Source of the DNA: Schmidtea polychroa
Lineage: Eukaryota
Length of the DNA stretch: 64,000 nt
Assembly (NCBI GenBank): GCA_044892525.1
Contig: CM097885.1
Coordinates: 26,412,001-26,476,000, forward strand
Direction: 5' to 3'
A model generated the notes under the pieces. It was not told the DNA's origin. It saw nothing but the letters and a program-made list of their open reading frames with translations, and searched no databases. Within the stretch, counting starts at the first letter, position 1. Every line of letters begins with the position of its first letter. Below, one piece after another: positions 13,266 to 25,598 of this stretch. A program made the translations under genes and the position numbers.

Positions 13266-14371
13266 TTTTTTATCCCGGGGGGGGGGGGGGGTGGGGGTAT
13301 ATGTGGTCTGGGGAGCTCCAATCATACTACTGTGAGATCTAGATTGATGCAAGGATTGAATATTAAATGAAAATGAGTGAAGATAATGAGAGTCATCATA
13401 CCCGGAACCCAAATGACATGGTCACCAGGTGAATTTTCATTTATATATTTACTTATTTATGCATTTATTTCGTGCTGATTTTCATTGAATTGAAGTGAAT
13501 TGGGTTGATTTGTCCCTCATGACGGTGCAAGAGTGGTGGGCAGCAATGCTTGTGACTTTTGGGTGTGTCATGAGGGGTGGAGAAACTCTGGGATGAATGT
13601 TAGAAATTGAGCATGAAAATGACTTCATCGAGTGCGATCGATGACATTTTTCTTTATAAATTCCATCGTCAGAACATGAATTTCCAACAGCTTTGAAGTT
13701 AACAGCGAATTGAATAGATTCCACGAGAAACATGATTTGCACTGTAATTGATAGAACATCAAGTCTTGGCATTTTGACAACCAGTTTAGATTTGAATGAT
13801 TCGTTTCTTGTGAAGCATGACTGCTAGAGGATTTGGCCGGAGATATTGTTAACAATTGTAAATTCACGAGTAGTTCCAATACCTTTCATAGCAAACTTCA
13901 TATTTCTGAGACATTTTTGAGGAAAACTAGCATCGCGAGTGTATTAGCGACTAAATCTGGTATTCGTCGATCTAAACGTCCAAGGCAGGATCCGTAATCG
14001 ATTTTCTTGACAGACAAATGTCAGATAAGGAATCACGTCTAAACTAAATCTCGATATCTTAGATAACGAACATAAACAATTACCGGAATCATGATAGACT
14101 TCACGAGATATTTGTCCTTAGATTAGACTTGTCCGGGAACATTGCTGCAATTTGCTGATAAGACACTGCCGAAAGACATCCAGCACACAGATGCACTAAG
14201 CGTCTACCATTGAATAAATAAGACGGCTGATATCTTCTGGATGATAAACACTGTCTAAAAAATCGCAGACATTAGTATAAACCGTCAATAGATAAAGCGA
14301 TAAATAACGTCGACAATTATGGAAATCGCTCGTTCAGCAAATCCAATCGACAAAATTCTCATCTGTCAATA

Positions 14372-15264
14372 CACCAAACGCCACTCAGATGCATTTCCTA
14401 TAATATAACAAAAAAATCAATAATCTTACATTATAGAAACATACATACTTACTCTGATTTCACGTTGATGTTCTCATTTAGAGTGCAGTCAGATACATCC
14501 TATATTATAGAAATCTGAAAAGTGGAAGAAAAATTAAAAATTACACACAAGCGCAACACATACTAAAAACACATACAAACTTTTGATTCATCGAAATGCA
14601 CCGCTGAGATACATTTCTATAATAATTCTATTTTAGACAATTTTTGGATAAAAAAGATCGCTGAAAATTTTTAAAAATATATTTTTAATGAAATTTCAAG
14701 AGCAGATAAATTTTGTTCAATGTCTTTTCAATCCATATTTGCTTTCCTGAAAGAAGCTCCTCATATTGAGCTCAGAAAAAAAAATTACAAAAATTATTTT
14801 ATTTTTATTATTCGGGGATTTTTCCCAAAATGTTTTAGAAAAGTAAATATTTTTGGTAATTCATTTATTTAATTATAATTAAAAACATATCTAACTCACA
14901 TTTTTTCGAAAATATTCCAAAATACTTGTCATAAAATATCAAAAATCCCTGAAAATAAATTAAAAATAATTTATAATTATAATGTTGACTAAAAGTAAAA
15001 TTTAAGAACTTCAGTAATGATCGCATATCTATATGGATCAAAATTCAAGACTTAAACTTTACTTAAAATTAAATATCTTACCTGGAAAGCCATTTCTAAA
15101 ATAGCTAAAATAAATTTCCATAAAACATTCCAAAGCAATTCAGTAAATGATAAATATAAATTGATTACAGTACAGTGAGAATACAGTACAGTAAATATGG
15201 AAAGGAGAAATTGTTCTACACGCCAACCACCACTATAGAGAATGTATCTCAGTGGTGTTTGGTG
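14372..15264. mobile_element. MITE, TA target duplication, Tc1/mariner-type (copy 1 of 3)
   Basis: TA|CACCAAACGCCACTCAGATGCATT ... AATGTATCTCAGTGGTGTTTGGTG|TA; highly similar to 49026-49912 and more diverged from 60036-60843. Confidence 0.9.
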
Positions 15265-16161
15265 TATAATCGATTAATGATGATAGGCACAGTATCAGGT
15301 ATGCATAGCAGCACACGCAGACAAGTTTGTCGAAGTCTAGTATAACATGTGTGCCAATTTCATAATAATAATGAGGAGAGATATCATAACTGCAGGCGTA
15401 CATACAGGGAAATCATGACGTCGTTAAAATATAGTTAAACATAATTCGAAATCTCCATGGCAATTTAGACGATACCAATTATAATAATCATCTAATAGTT
15501 CACAAAAATAATTCTAGCATAATAGATGTACCAGTTTCGTCATCATGTCGAGGTAAGGCATAGGACTTGTCGACTTGCACGCACAAAATATATGATGTTG
15601 TCACGACATAATTAGACGTAGTTGGAATCTTCCTTGAATTTTAAACGATAATAATTATGATAATTATCTAATATTTTATAATAATAATTAATGTTTCCTA
15701 ATAATTATGTTTCATCCCTTCCCGGATAGTAAAATGCTAAGTGCGTTGGAGAAATTTGTTAACCTATTTACCATATGGAATGAATAGCCATAAATAAGAT
15801 ACATAACCAAATGAATCAAATACAGTTAATAGTCAGTAACAATAAAAAGCAAAATACAAGGATTTAGGCATATAAAACTAGTGAATAAAATAAAATGATG
15901 ATTGTCAAACCTAAGATATACACAATATTGATAATTTCGCAAATGGATTCGATGATTCTCGTTTTCTCTTGGGCTGCATGAACTGAGTTGATTGAACGTG
16001 GGTTGCTTGCGGGTACTATTTTGAATGTCTGCGAGGGTTAAAAATCCGCTGAGGGTCACCGGGTAAAACGGTTGACGACACTACGCAAACCACATTTGAA
16101 TCTGTAAATGACCTATAAATGATTGCTACTAATTATAATAGGAATTTTTCTTTGACTCTAG

Positions 16162-16870
16162 ATGACTGCACCTAACAGCTCTAGCAAAGACCTTCGTCCG
16201 TGTTTTTCTTGTTCAGACAAGAACGAGGACATCAAGAAGTTACATGTCTATATCGGGGCATTGAAAAAACGTATTGACGTATACGATGGCACGTGGTTCT
16301 CCCCGCCACAGATGAAGGAAGAACGTAACAAAGTCTTACGTCTGGAGCACTGTCGCGACAGTCTCCTTGAAAAAAGTAGATGCCAGCGGCTCACTATTAA
16401 AGCCCAATCAGAGGCACTACACAAGGTTTACACCGACGCGAAAGTCGCAAAACGTGTTAGAGAATACCCCATTCAGGACGGGACCAACGTCTTCCCGGTC
16501 CATCACCAGACATATGGGGTCTCATTTACCGCCCCTTCTCGCACCAGTTCTTTCGGGCTCTAGGCCAATGACAAATGGTCCGTCGGACCCTATCTTAGCT
16601 CCAATCCTTCTTCCTCAGAATATCCAGCCCTCAACAGACGCTGTAGCGCCGAGCCCGAAGGGTAAGAGCCCCACGCGTTCCGAGAAAAATCAAAAAAGTC
16701 GAAATGCCATCGCTGCGTTAGAGGCATCGTTGTTGGTCGCTCAATCAAAGATACAGGAGATCTCGGCTTCTCACTCAGTACCCACCAAAGAAGTTTTCCG
16801 GGTGGTCCCAGCAGGAGGGACGAGATTCATTGAGGATCGTCGACTGCCCGTCAATCCGTGTTTTACTTAA
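16162..16870 (+). CDS. Unknown coiled-coil protein (CxxC at N-terminus, Pro/Ser-rich C-part), split into two overlapping frames 16162-16563 and 16367-16870
   Basis: Preceded by a pyrimidine tract ending in AG (tttttctttgactctag); both frames have matching segments in the paralog at 2127-2900, implying one ancestral ORF with a frameshift near 16530. Confidence 0.55.
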
Positions 16871-17009
16871 TCTTTGTATGTGTATTTCGTTTATGCCTAT
16901 TAATTGTTTTGGCGAATTAATATAATTTTTAATTGTGTTTTGATATATTGGTCTGAGATTATTATGTAATCCATATTGGTTGAATGAGTGTCTGGCAGTG
17001 CAGGAATAT

Positions 17010-17260
17010 AGTAAGGTCATCCCTTTGGGCCAGGGTAGTACCAAGTTGTGTGTATAAATGCGGGTAAGTCCTTCTATGGCACCTTAGAACCCGAACAGCG
17101 AGCTAGCTAAGAGTAGTCCTAAGATAGGGGCTCACCTGTTAGCGAACTCCGACCCATGTGCGCAGAACCAACGTGTGACATCACCACGGGCAGACATGCG
17201 GGAAATTGACAAAGTCATCGTGGATATGCCGGGAGGGTACACTGAGCAGGCTAGGGCAGC
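17010..17260 (+). other. Conserved GC-richer non-coding motif downstream of the coiled-coil ORF
   Basis: Blocks CTTCTATGGCA..GAACCC, GAGTAGT, GGGCTCACCTG and ACCAACG recur at 1720-1910 (-), 52900-53150 (+) and partly 50587-50700 (+). Confidence 0.65.
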
Positions 17261-18593
17261 TGTATCATGTTTTTAATTTCCTTCTTCCCCGGGTATCCAA
17301 CAAGATGCAGCACTGGCTTGAATCTCCTGCATAAAAAACATGACTACAAAGATCCTAGTCACTCTTACAGAAAAAAAAACCGAAACTTTATGAGGATGAT
17401 AATTAATAAAATTAACAATATAAAAGGATAATAACAAATAAATAATTAATCGAAATATTTTAATAGTAAGGAACAAATAATATTTCAATAATAAATTTCT
17501 ATTTATCATGAAAAATTATATAAATCAGATTATATTAAATATAATAAAATAATTACATGAACAAAATTCTGTATAAATAGTGCTGGTAAATTCATTATAG
17601 CCGCCTAAAATAAAATCATGAACACAGCGTGTAGTGGTTCTGACTTCCATATTAATAAAAAATATCAATTTAATAATTAAACTTAAAATATATTATTAAA
17701 TTAATTAAATTGAAATTAAATTAATTGTAACTAAATCAAATTAAAATCATTGTTTAAATAATCTTTTCAAAAAAAAATAAAAATAACAAACGATATAAAA
17801 CAATTCATGAATCATTCGACATCTCAAGCGTTAACTCTCATCAGAACCAATAAAGAAAATATGCTAAACATTCAAACATTGACTGTTGGAGCATATATTT
17901 CCATGATCACTTTTAATGTAGTTTTGAATAAAATCTTTATTCAAATTAGTTTCATGTCTCTACACAGCGATTTATAAAGTTAAATTCATATTAAATCTAA
18001 AAATAACACAGACACGACCAAGTTTGCATTAAGCACAACATGCATATACACACAAAACTCAACAAGAATTTCGAAATATTGATCCCAATGCAGAAAACTG
18101 TGCAAAATTTCGGAAGTTGTCTATTTTCAAAAATTTTAACTTCAAATAAGAATGGTTTCTTGCTTAAATTTTTTCGAAGATGCAGACAATGATTAGCAAT
18201 CAAAATACGTGATGTGAAAGTAATCCTAATTATGAATAGTGAATGATAACAAAAATGTAAATTCTTCTATCAGTAGTATGGTATCGATAAGAGATAATGA
18301 AATGGAGAGTTATTTGTTAACGGAACTCATTAGCTCATTTATTCTATTGCTGGAAAATGTAGCCACCGTGGGTATAACAGTGACTGGCGCCATAGAAATG
18401 GAATAAATTATCAACCCTGAAAACACATACATTTACTAAAATTATATAAAATGTAAAAATTCCAATTTTTTAATTAAGAATAATAATAGTTAATTAAAAC
18501 GTTATGTCGGTTTTTATTATAATAAGAATAAATCAATTTCCTATAATGTTTCATTAATCCATTTTTTAAAATTAATAATTATAAATTTAAAAT

Positions 18594-19655
18594 ATGCATA
18601 GACCAACAGATAAAATTCCGCTTCTTGTAGAATCTGATTTCCCTGGAATGTGGGATAAACTAACTTGGGAATTTCTCGGAAGACTTAAAGAAAATCCAGT
18701 TGATAGAAAGACAGCATGGGATGATTTTGAACACATACGTGTACTAGGGGAAGGTGGGTTTGGAAAAGTTATTTTAAGCAGACACAAATCGAAGAATCTA
18801 TATGTTGCCCTGAAAATCATGGAAAAGGAAAGAGTAATTAAAATGAAACAGATTCCGATTGTAATTGGGGAAAAGACTATTTTGGCTTTGTGTAAATTCC
18901 CTTATTTATTGAGACTCTATACAACTTTTCAAACAAACGATAATGTATGTTTTTGTTTGGAATTAGCACCAGGTGGTGATTTATATGGTGTCATAAAATT
19001 ATATTCACCCTTTGATGCTCATGCAGTAAGGTTTTACGGCTCTCAAGTTTTATTAGGTCTTCAATATTTGCATACAATGAGAATCGTTTATAGAGATCTT
19101 AAACCTGAAAACATATTAATTGCAAATAATGGATATGTTAAACTTGCAGATATGGGATTTGCTAAATTTTTGCAAGACAGTCCACGGACATATACTTTTT
19201 GTGGGACACCAGAATACATTGCACCGGAAGTAGTTATGAATAAAGGATATGGAACAGCAGTTGATTGGTGGGCGTTTGGTGTTCTAATTTATGAATTATT
19301 TTTTTCTATCACACCATTCTATTATACTGATCAAATGAAAATATTTCGAAATATTGTAAAAGGTAAATATAAAATACCACACGATCTTTCTATTGAAGCA
19401 AAAAGTTTGATAAAATATCTTCTGCAAGTAGACAGTACGAAAAGAATTGGAAATTTAAGAAATGGAGCGCTGGATATAAGATATCATTCATTTTTTAAAC
19501 TTATAGATTGGAGAGATCTGTTTGAACAATTATTAAAACCCCCTTTTCCTATTGTAAATCCAGATTATTCACAAATGAAAAAAGATGAAAAAGTTGAAGA
19601 GATGAGAGATAAGTCACATTCTTTGCGATTCTATGAGGAATTTAAAAATTTTTAG
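18594..19655 (+). CDS. cAMP-dependent protein kinase catalytic-subunit-like AGC kinase, intronless, 353 aa
   Basis: GEGGFGKV, VALKIMEK, YRDLKPEN, DMG (DFG variant), RTYTFCGTPEYIAPE, DWWAFGVLIYE; C-terminal EEFKNF resembles the PKA-C FxxF tail; open frame ending in TAG. Confidence 0.92.
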   Translation: MHRPTDKIPLLVESDFPGMWDKLTWEFLGRLKENPVDRKTAWDDFEHIRVLGEGGFGKVILSRHKSKNLYVALKIMEKERVIKMKQIPIVIGEKTILALCKFPYLLRLYTTFQTNDNVCFCLELAPGGDLYGVIKLYSPFDAHAVRFYGSQVLLGLQYLHTMRIVYRDLKPENILIANNGYVKLADMGFAKFLQDSPRTYTFCGTPEYIAPEVVMNKGYGTAVDWWAFGVLIYELFFSITPFYYTDQMKIFRNIVKGKYKIPHDLSIEAKSLIKYLLQVDSTKRIGNLRNGALDIRYHSFFKLIDWRDLFEQLLKPPFPIVNPDYSQMKKDEKVEEMRDKSHSLRFYEEFKNF

Positions 19656-20292
19656 TAAAAAATACTTTGTTAAATGGACACGAAAATTAAAGGATTCAAT
19701 AATATATAATGGGTAAACAAATTCAATAAGAATTAATGATTGTATGAACATCAAGTCCATAAAGTTTTTAAAAATTTCGTTTGAAATTTAATTTACTTTT
19801 AAAAAACAAAAATTAACATTTCAATAAATTTATTTTATTTATTAAATAAAACTAATTTGAATTTGTTTAATTAATGCAAGACTATTAAATATCAAAATTT
19901 CAAATCAGTTATAATATTTTCCATTAGACATTTGTATTGTTTGATAACAAATAAAAAATTTATTTTATTTGTGTATAACAATACTAAACTAAATTTATAC
20001 TAATGATTATTTTTATTATTTATTAGTATAAACATCGACAAGTGGTTAAATTTGATTCAATTTATTATCAGAGAATTTAAATTGCATTGAAAGTTTTTAT
20101 TATACTTTGTAAAATTTGTTGTTTTTATAACTTATTTTCTATATTTCAGATTCATAGTCATAATATCAACCAAACAAAATATATCACAAGTGACCAAAAA
20201 AATAATATACAAAATAATATTACATTTTTCCGATTCGGTTGTTACATCATTATTGTGTAATTAATCTAAATATAATTGACTAATAAATCAAT

Positions 20293-20658
20293 TTGATTGT
20301 AGAAATTATAATTATCAACAGTACAGCATCAACCATCAAGTTGTTGTGTTTGAAAGTTTTGGCTTCAGATAGTATGAGACCAGTAAAATTAAAACGGCAC
20401 CAGGAAACTCTACACCCTGAATATGTTAACAAGCCCATAGAATTTTTTCAAAGAAAATTTCACGAGATAAAAATTCAAAAAGAAACGTTCAAAAAAATAG
20501 TTTCAGTCACCTCAAACGCATTATTGACTTCGTACCATGTCTCATACCGAATTGCGAAATGTAAGAAACCACATACATTAGGAAACCCTAATTTTACCAG
20601 CAGCTGTTGATATGGTTCAAATAATGTTCGGCGGTAGCATAAAGGTTGGAAACCGCTG
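20293..20658 (+). mobile_element. Deleted hAT (Buster/ZBED5-like) element: transposase N-terminal fragment plus right TIR
   Basis: SMRPVKLKRHQETLHPEYVNKPIEFFQRK...ALLTSYHVSYRIAKCKKPHTLG; followed by GGTTGGAAACCGCTG (20644-20658), similar to the TIR at 49006-49020; left end not located. Confidence 0.75.
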
Positions 20659-22559
20659 ATGTAATGTCAACTGATTATTTTCTTCCACTTTTGCACTTCA
20701 TAAATACTCAATTACTTTTTGATGGAAATCAACATTTTCTTTACTTTTTCTCCATTTACTTTTTTGAAAACAATACAAGCATTTACAAATGACATTGAGA
20801 AAAATTTCCATTGACAGTTTTTCGTAATGGACTGGAAAATGCTGACAATGCTTGACTTTTCAATATTTCATTTATTTTCATTACGACTATAATAATTGTT
20901 GGACTTGTATAAAAATGTACAGATAAATATAAAAGTGGACAAATTCAAAGGCAAAACTCGAAATACGAATAAAATTAATTAAAATCAAAAATTAATATTA
21001 CACTAACGTATATTACCAAATAGTATCACTACACCTAATAGTATCATTAATACTATATTTAGTGATACTATTTAAATAATATCACCATATTAAAACATTG
21101 TATATGGAGTGTATATGGAGTGGAGTTCTGTAAGGCGTGGATTTCTTCAAACACCGAATCCCGATTAAATAACGTGTCTATACTTGATGAAAATGATTAT
21201 TATGAGGACGTTGAGTATTTGGATGATGATGATGAATAAATTTTTGATAATTATCTAAACTTATTTTTTATTAAAATGACCAAAGCACTGAATAATATCA
21301 CTATACTAACTCTAATATCTAATATATTTTTTTTTGGTGATATTATTTTTATAGTATCACTGATACTATTCGGTGATATCCGTTAGGTGAAAAGTTAGGT
21401 GGGTAGCAAATAAAAAAATTTAGACGTAATTAAGAATTGAATGGGAGATACTAAGTAAAATTATAAAAATAAAAACTAATTAATTAATTATTCAAAAAGA
21501 TAACCACTAATAAAGGCACCGCAAAAACAACGCGGACAGTAAAGTCGCAGATAAATCTATATCGAATCGTGAATTAGGTATTTATAACTAGATTCTAAAT
21601 AAGACATAGTGATTAAAAAAAGATATACGGACTTTCGAAAATATTAGGTTCCCATTTTGGCGCCTCCCCCAATTTAGCGTTCAGTGACATATGCTTTTCT
21701 CTGCCAACCCTTCGATACGCTACTGGCACTGTTTTGCACATATAAATAAAAAAATAGTTACAAAAAATAGATAAATTTCCGTTCCAACAAATAAATTATA
21801 TATTACGTAATTTTATTATGTATGTGGAATTTAAAGATTTTCTGTTTGTTTTTCTGCTGTTTTCTTTATACTGAAACAATACATAATAAACAATAGAATA
21901 TTATTCTGGATCTCGGTCCCTGAAAACAACTAGACGATATAAGTTTAATTTATATATTAATAGTGTTAGAGTCAATTTTATTAGAAATATAATTTCATTA
22001 TTTAATTTCGTTTGTTCATATCGTAAGATGGAATGATGATAGTACGAGTGGCGGTGATTGGTACATGGAGAAGTTGAGTGAGTGATATTATTTCTACGGG
22101 ATATAAACTGTGATTGGTGGCGAGTATTCAGTTAAGTATTCAGAAGTTCTCAAATTGAAGCATAAATGACATCGGGATAAAATGAAAACGATAAAACAAT
22201 AAATAAAAATTAGTTGCCCTATGTCGACCGGACAAAATAAAGAGGGAAATGTTCAGGGGTTTACACCAAAATTCGAGTCTACATTTTCCAGATTATTGTG
22301 ATTGTTAATTTTAGTGTAGCGACTGAGTGTGCGAGTGGAAAGGGAAGTGGCCCTGTGGTTGGTCGAGAAGCTGCGATTCAGAGTAAAAATACTTAAAGGC
22401 CAGCGCAGGGAGATGGAACACTCTTGGTTTCGTCCAGAAGATGTGAAAAAACCTACCTGCGGACACGGGTTGCCCAGGACCGGGTGTAGCTCATGGCACT
22501 GATGATCAGGATGCAATAAACAGATACCGGATCAACCAACAAACGATGGATGATCACGC

Positions 22560-23220
22560 AGTAAAGCAGATTGAGCCGCTGGTTTTGATGGAACTATTTC
22601 CCATAAGAATCTTTCTTGGATTGACTAAAATGTGGCGCAAGTAGATATATAATGAAATCTCTAAAAGCGCCTCTTTTATAACGACATGACACAATTCTAC
22701 AGGTATTAATTACACTTACAGTGCTCTCATTTGTTACACGATTAGTTAGGACATTAATATATGCTTTGATATTAGAAATAGAGTATTCATATTTTTTGCT
22801 GATATGGAGATTAAATCCGGTTTCATCAAGGTTTCATTACCGATTTTTGAAAACTCTGAGGCATAAATCGCCCGGCGTCAATTTTCCCCTTGTTCTTTTC
22901 TGCTGGCATTAGAAAAGCCTATTTTTAATGATATTCATCCTCGCCAATTTGCTCGCGACTGTGGTTGTGACAAATTTGTTTCTGTTGTTTGTGCACTATT
23001 TTTATATTTCTGTCTGATTAAGTAAATGAGTTATTCTGCTAAGTCCATGAAGCTTTCAACTTTTTATTTGCGAGTACGAAATGTTTTCTTCATGAAGATG
23101 TATCAGTAACCGTTCTCGCAATTTCTTTGATTTTGTAGTGACTATTTTGCTTCATTGCCACAATTATGTTTAAAATGTCTTGTGTTGTGTATTTTCCTTC
23201 CTTTCTTGCCATTTGGGATT
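22560..23220 (-). pseudogene. IS630/Tc1-mariner superfamily DDE transposase remnant
   Basis: Minus strand NLDETGFNLHISKKYEYS...RYKRGAFRDF...; shifted frame KILMGNSSIK resembles ILMDNASIHK; multiple stops and frameshifts. Confidence 0.7.
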
Positions 23221-23399
23221 ATTTTCAGTAACATAAAACTCATTACATCACTTTAATAAAAATCCTTTCAATTTCCTTATCACTTCTAGGCATTTTTCGT
23301 TCACACGACATTTTTTAACTTTAAAAATTTTTTGAAATATTAATGATTAGTAAATTGATCCAATATTCACTCATAACACAACAGAATAACTATCTAGTA

Positions 23400-25598
23400 C
23401 AGGGCTGTCCAACTAGCGGCCCGCGAGTGCATTTGAATTTGAATAAATTTATGTTACTAAATTATTATTATTAATATTAAAATTATTTTACTATGTGAAA
23501 ATTTAAATCTAATTTGAATTTAAAGTAGGTACTATTTAGTTTGCGTAACCTCACTTAACCTAGCTGAATATAGCAGCAATCCGCTTAACGTCTGATGATG
23601 ATTGGATCAACGTTGGTACCACATATTATATTTGTAGTTGGTTGTTGTTTATCTATAGTTGGTGCACGTGATGCGCACACTACCCTGCGCTATTTGGTTG
23701 ATTCCTGCAATCGTGCGAGTGCAGTCTTGTCTAGAATTTGTTGAATGGTGACTGTGTTATAATATTACATCTAAATCCGAAATATAAAAGTTTCTATAAT
23801 ACACGTTGGTGTGTGCATCAGTGGATGACTCAACATTTATAATAGTGTGAAGTTATTTACTTCATTTATTCAATTTTATAAATGGGTTTAAAGTAAGTTT
23901 TTTAAATTAAAGTAACTTTGAGGTTTGAATTTTGATTTTATATAATTATTAATTATCATTATTAATTATCATTATATAATTATCATTAATCAAGCTCTTA
24001 AATATTACTTTTAGTTAACATTTTGATTATAAATTATTTTTAATTAATTTTCAGGTTTTTTTAGGATTTTTATGACATGAGTGCTACTAATAAAAGAAAA
24101 ATAGACCTCGAAAATTGAGAATTTCAAGATCGCTGGGAGATAGATTATTTATTTATTCTGAACAATAATGGTAAACCACAGTGTTTGGAATGTTTAAAAA
24201 TCATAGCTGTGTGTAAAAAATATAACTTGAAGCGCCATTATCATTCCATGCATGAAAAAAAGTATCATTCGTACGCGCGAGACATGAAAATACCACTAGT
24301 GAAAAAAAGAAAAAAGTGGCTGGATCATCAAACGAATTATTATAATCAAGAACCAAAATTTCAAGAAGCATCTGTAGCTGCATCGTTTGAAGTTTGTTTA
24401 GAAATAGTAAAGTCAAAAAAGAACTTTTTGGATGGAGAATTAATTAAAAAATGTGCCATAAAAATGGCTCAAGCATTTAATGACAACTAAATGGTAAGAA
24501 AATTTCAAACAGTATCACTTTCTCACCAGACTGTAAGCCGACGTGTAAACGAGATTAGCATGCATGTCACTAATAAATTAGAAAATCTAATCAATAGTTG
24601 CTGCTATTTTTCGGTAGCATTGCATGAAAGCACAGATATTTCCGATACAAGTCAAATGCTTATCTTTATAAGAACTGTAAATGAAAACTAATTATTCAGA
24701 AGAAGTTTTAAAATTACAATCATCACACGGAACAACAAACGCTAAAAATATTTACAAACAATTAAGATGTGCAGTAAAGCAGTATGGCGGATTTGACAAG
24801 TGAACTGCTATTGTAACTGTCGGTGCTAGAGCTATGACTGGCAAAAATATTGGGCTCGCGGGAATTTTGCAAAAAGAAGGAATAAAGAATCGTATTCTGC
24901 ACTGTATTATCCATCAGGAGCCATTATGTGGTTCACCCCTACAACTAAAAGACGTAATGGACAAGGTTTGCAAAATTACTAATTTAATTCACGGAGGAAA
25001 TCGTTCTCTTACACACTGAAAATTTAAAACATTTTTGGATGAATTGGAAACTGAGTATGGAGATCTGCTTTTATATAGTAAGGTTCGTTGGTTAATTGCT
25101 GAAAAGTGCTCGAAGAGATTCTTTACACTTCGAAAAGAAGTTCATCTTTTTCTCACAGAAATTGCCGTAGATGAAAATTTGACAGCAAATTTAGTTGATA
25201 AAAATTTTTTTTATTCACTTGCTTTCCTAACGGACATTACAAATTATTTAAATATTTTGAATATATCCTCTGAAGGACAAAATCAAAATGTGTGTTGCTT
25301 TTATAAATATGTTACTGGATTTAGAAACAAATTAAAATTGTTAAGGTTTAATTTGAAGCAAAATAACTTATTTCATTTTGAATCTTGCAAAGAGATCTAT
25401 GAAGAAATGAAAGGATGTAATATAGAAGCGAATTTTAAAATATTTCTACCAAAATTGGATATGCTAATTACAGATTTCAATGAAAGATTTTCTCAATTTG
25501 ATGATCTTAAACCGTCTATTGATTTATTTTGTGATCCAATTGATATTAATATCAGCTCCGTTGATCTTAAATATCAAATAGACCCATTTGCAGGCTGA
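23400..25598 (+). mobile_element. SPIN/GTF2IRD2-like hAT transposon, 3'-truncated, transposase pseudogene (24077-25598)
   Basis: Left TIR CAGGGCTGTCCAACTAGCGGCCCGCG preceded by atcTAgta; fragments KRKIDLEN*EFQDRWE, CLEC...YNLKRHY, LSHQTVSRRV, SVALHESTD, HCIIHQE, VRWL, LAFLTDIT; right end not found. Confidence 0.85.

Larger units (their letters stand above)
5953..13331. mobile_element. 7.4-kb non-coding foldback element with Polinton-type termini and 6-bp TSD (putative non-autonomous Polinton/Maverick derivative)
   Basis: Left end AGTAGTATGATTGGAGCTCCCCAGACCACATATACC (5953); right end GGTATATGTGGTCTGGGGAGCTCCAATCATACTACT (13331); GTGAGA at 5947-5952 and 13332-13337; arms inverted up to 8453 and from 9024; no credible ORF. 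Confidence 0.9.

Noticed and set aside
5760-13412. Repetitive ORFs such as MNNNMRRRLRNSSKN..., MELPRPHIPP... and MIMIIMIIII...
   Set aside because: Translations of satellite and microsatellite units in the palindrome arms; open on several frames and both strands
13340-15640. Coding-like, GC-richer sequence flanking the palindrome and MITE
   Set aside because: All frames have stops and no recognisable motif; strand could not be decided, so it is not called as a gene
21032-21389. Possible small MITE with CACCTAA ends and atagtatca subrepeats
   Set aside because: TIR is very short and no matching TSD was found
22300-22650. Apparent further member of the coiled-coil family (WFRPEDVK, MELFP)
   Set aside because: The MELFP match is the antisense of the IS630 transposase remnant, and the remaining similarity is too short
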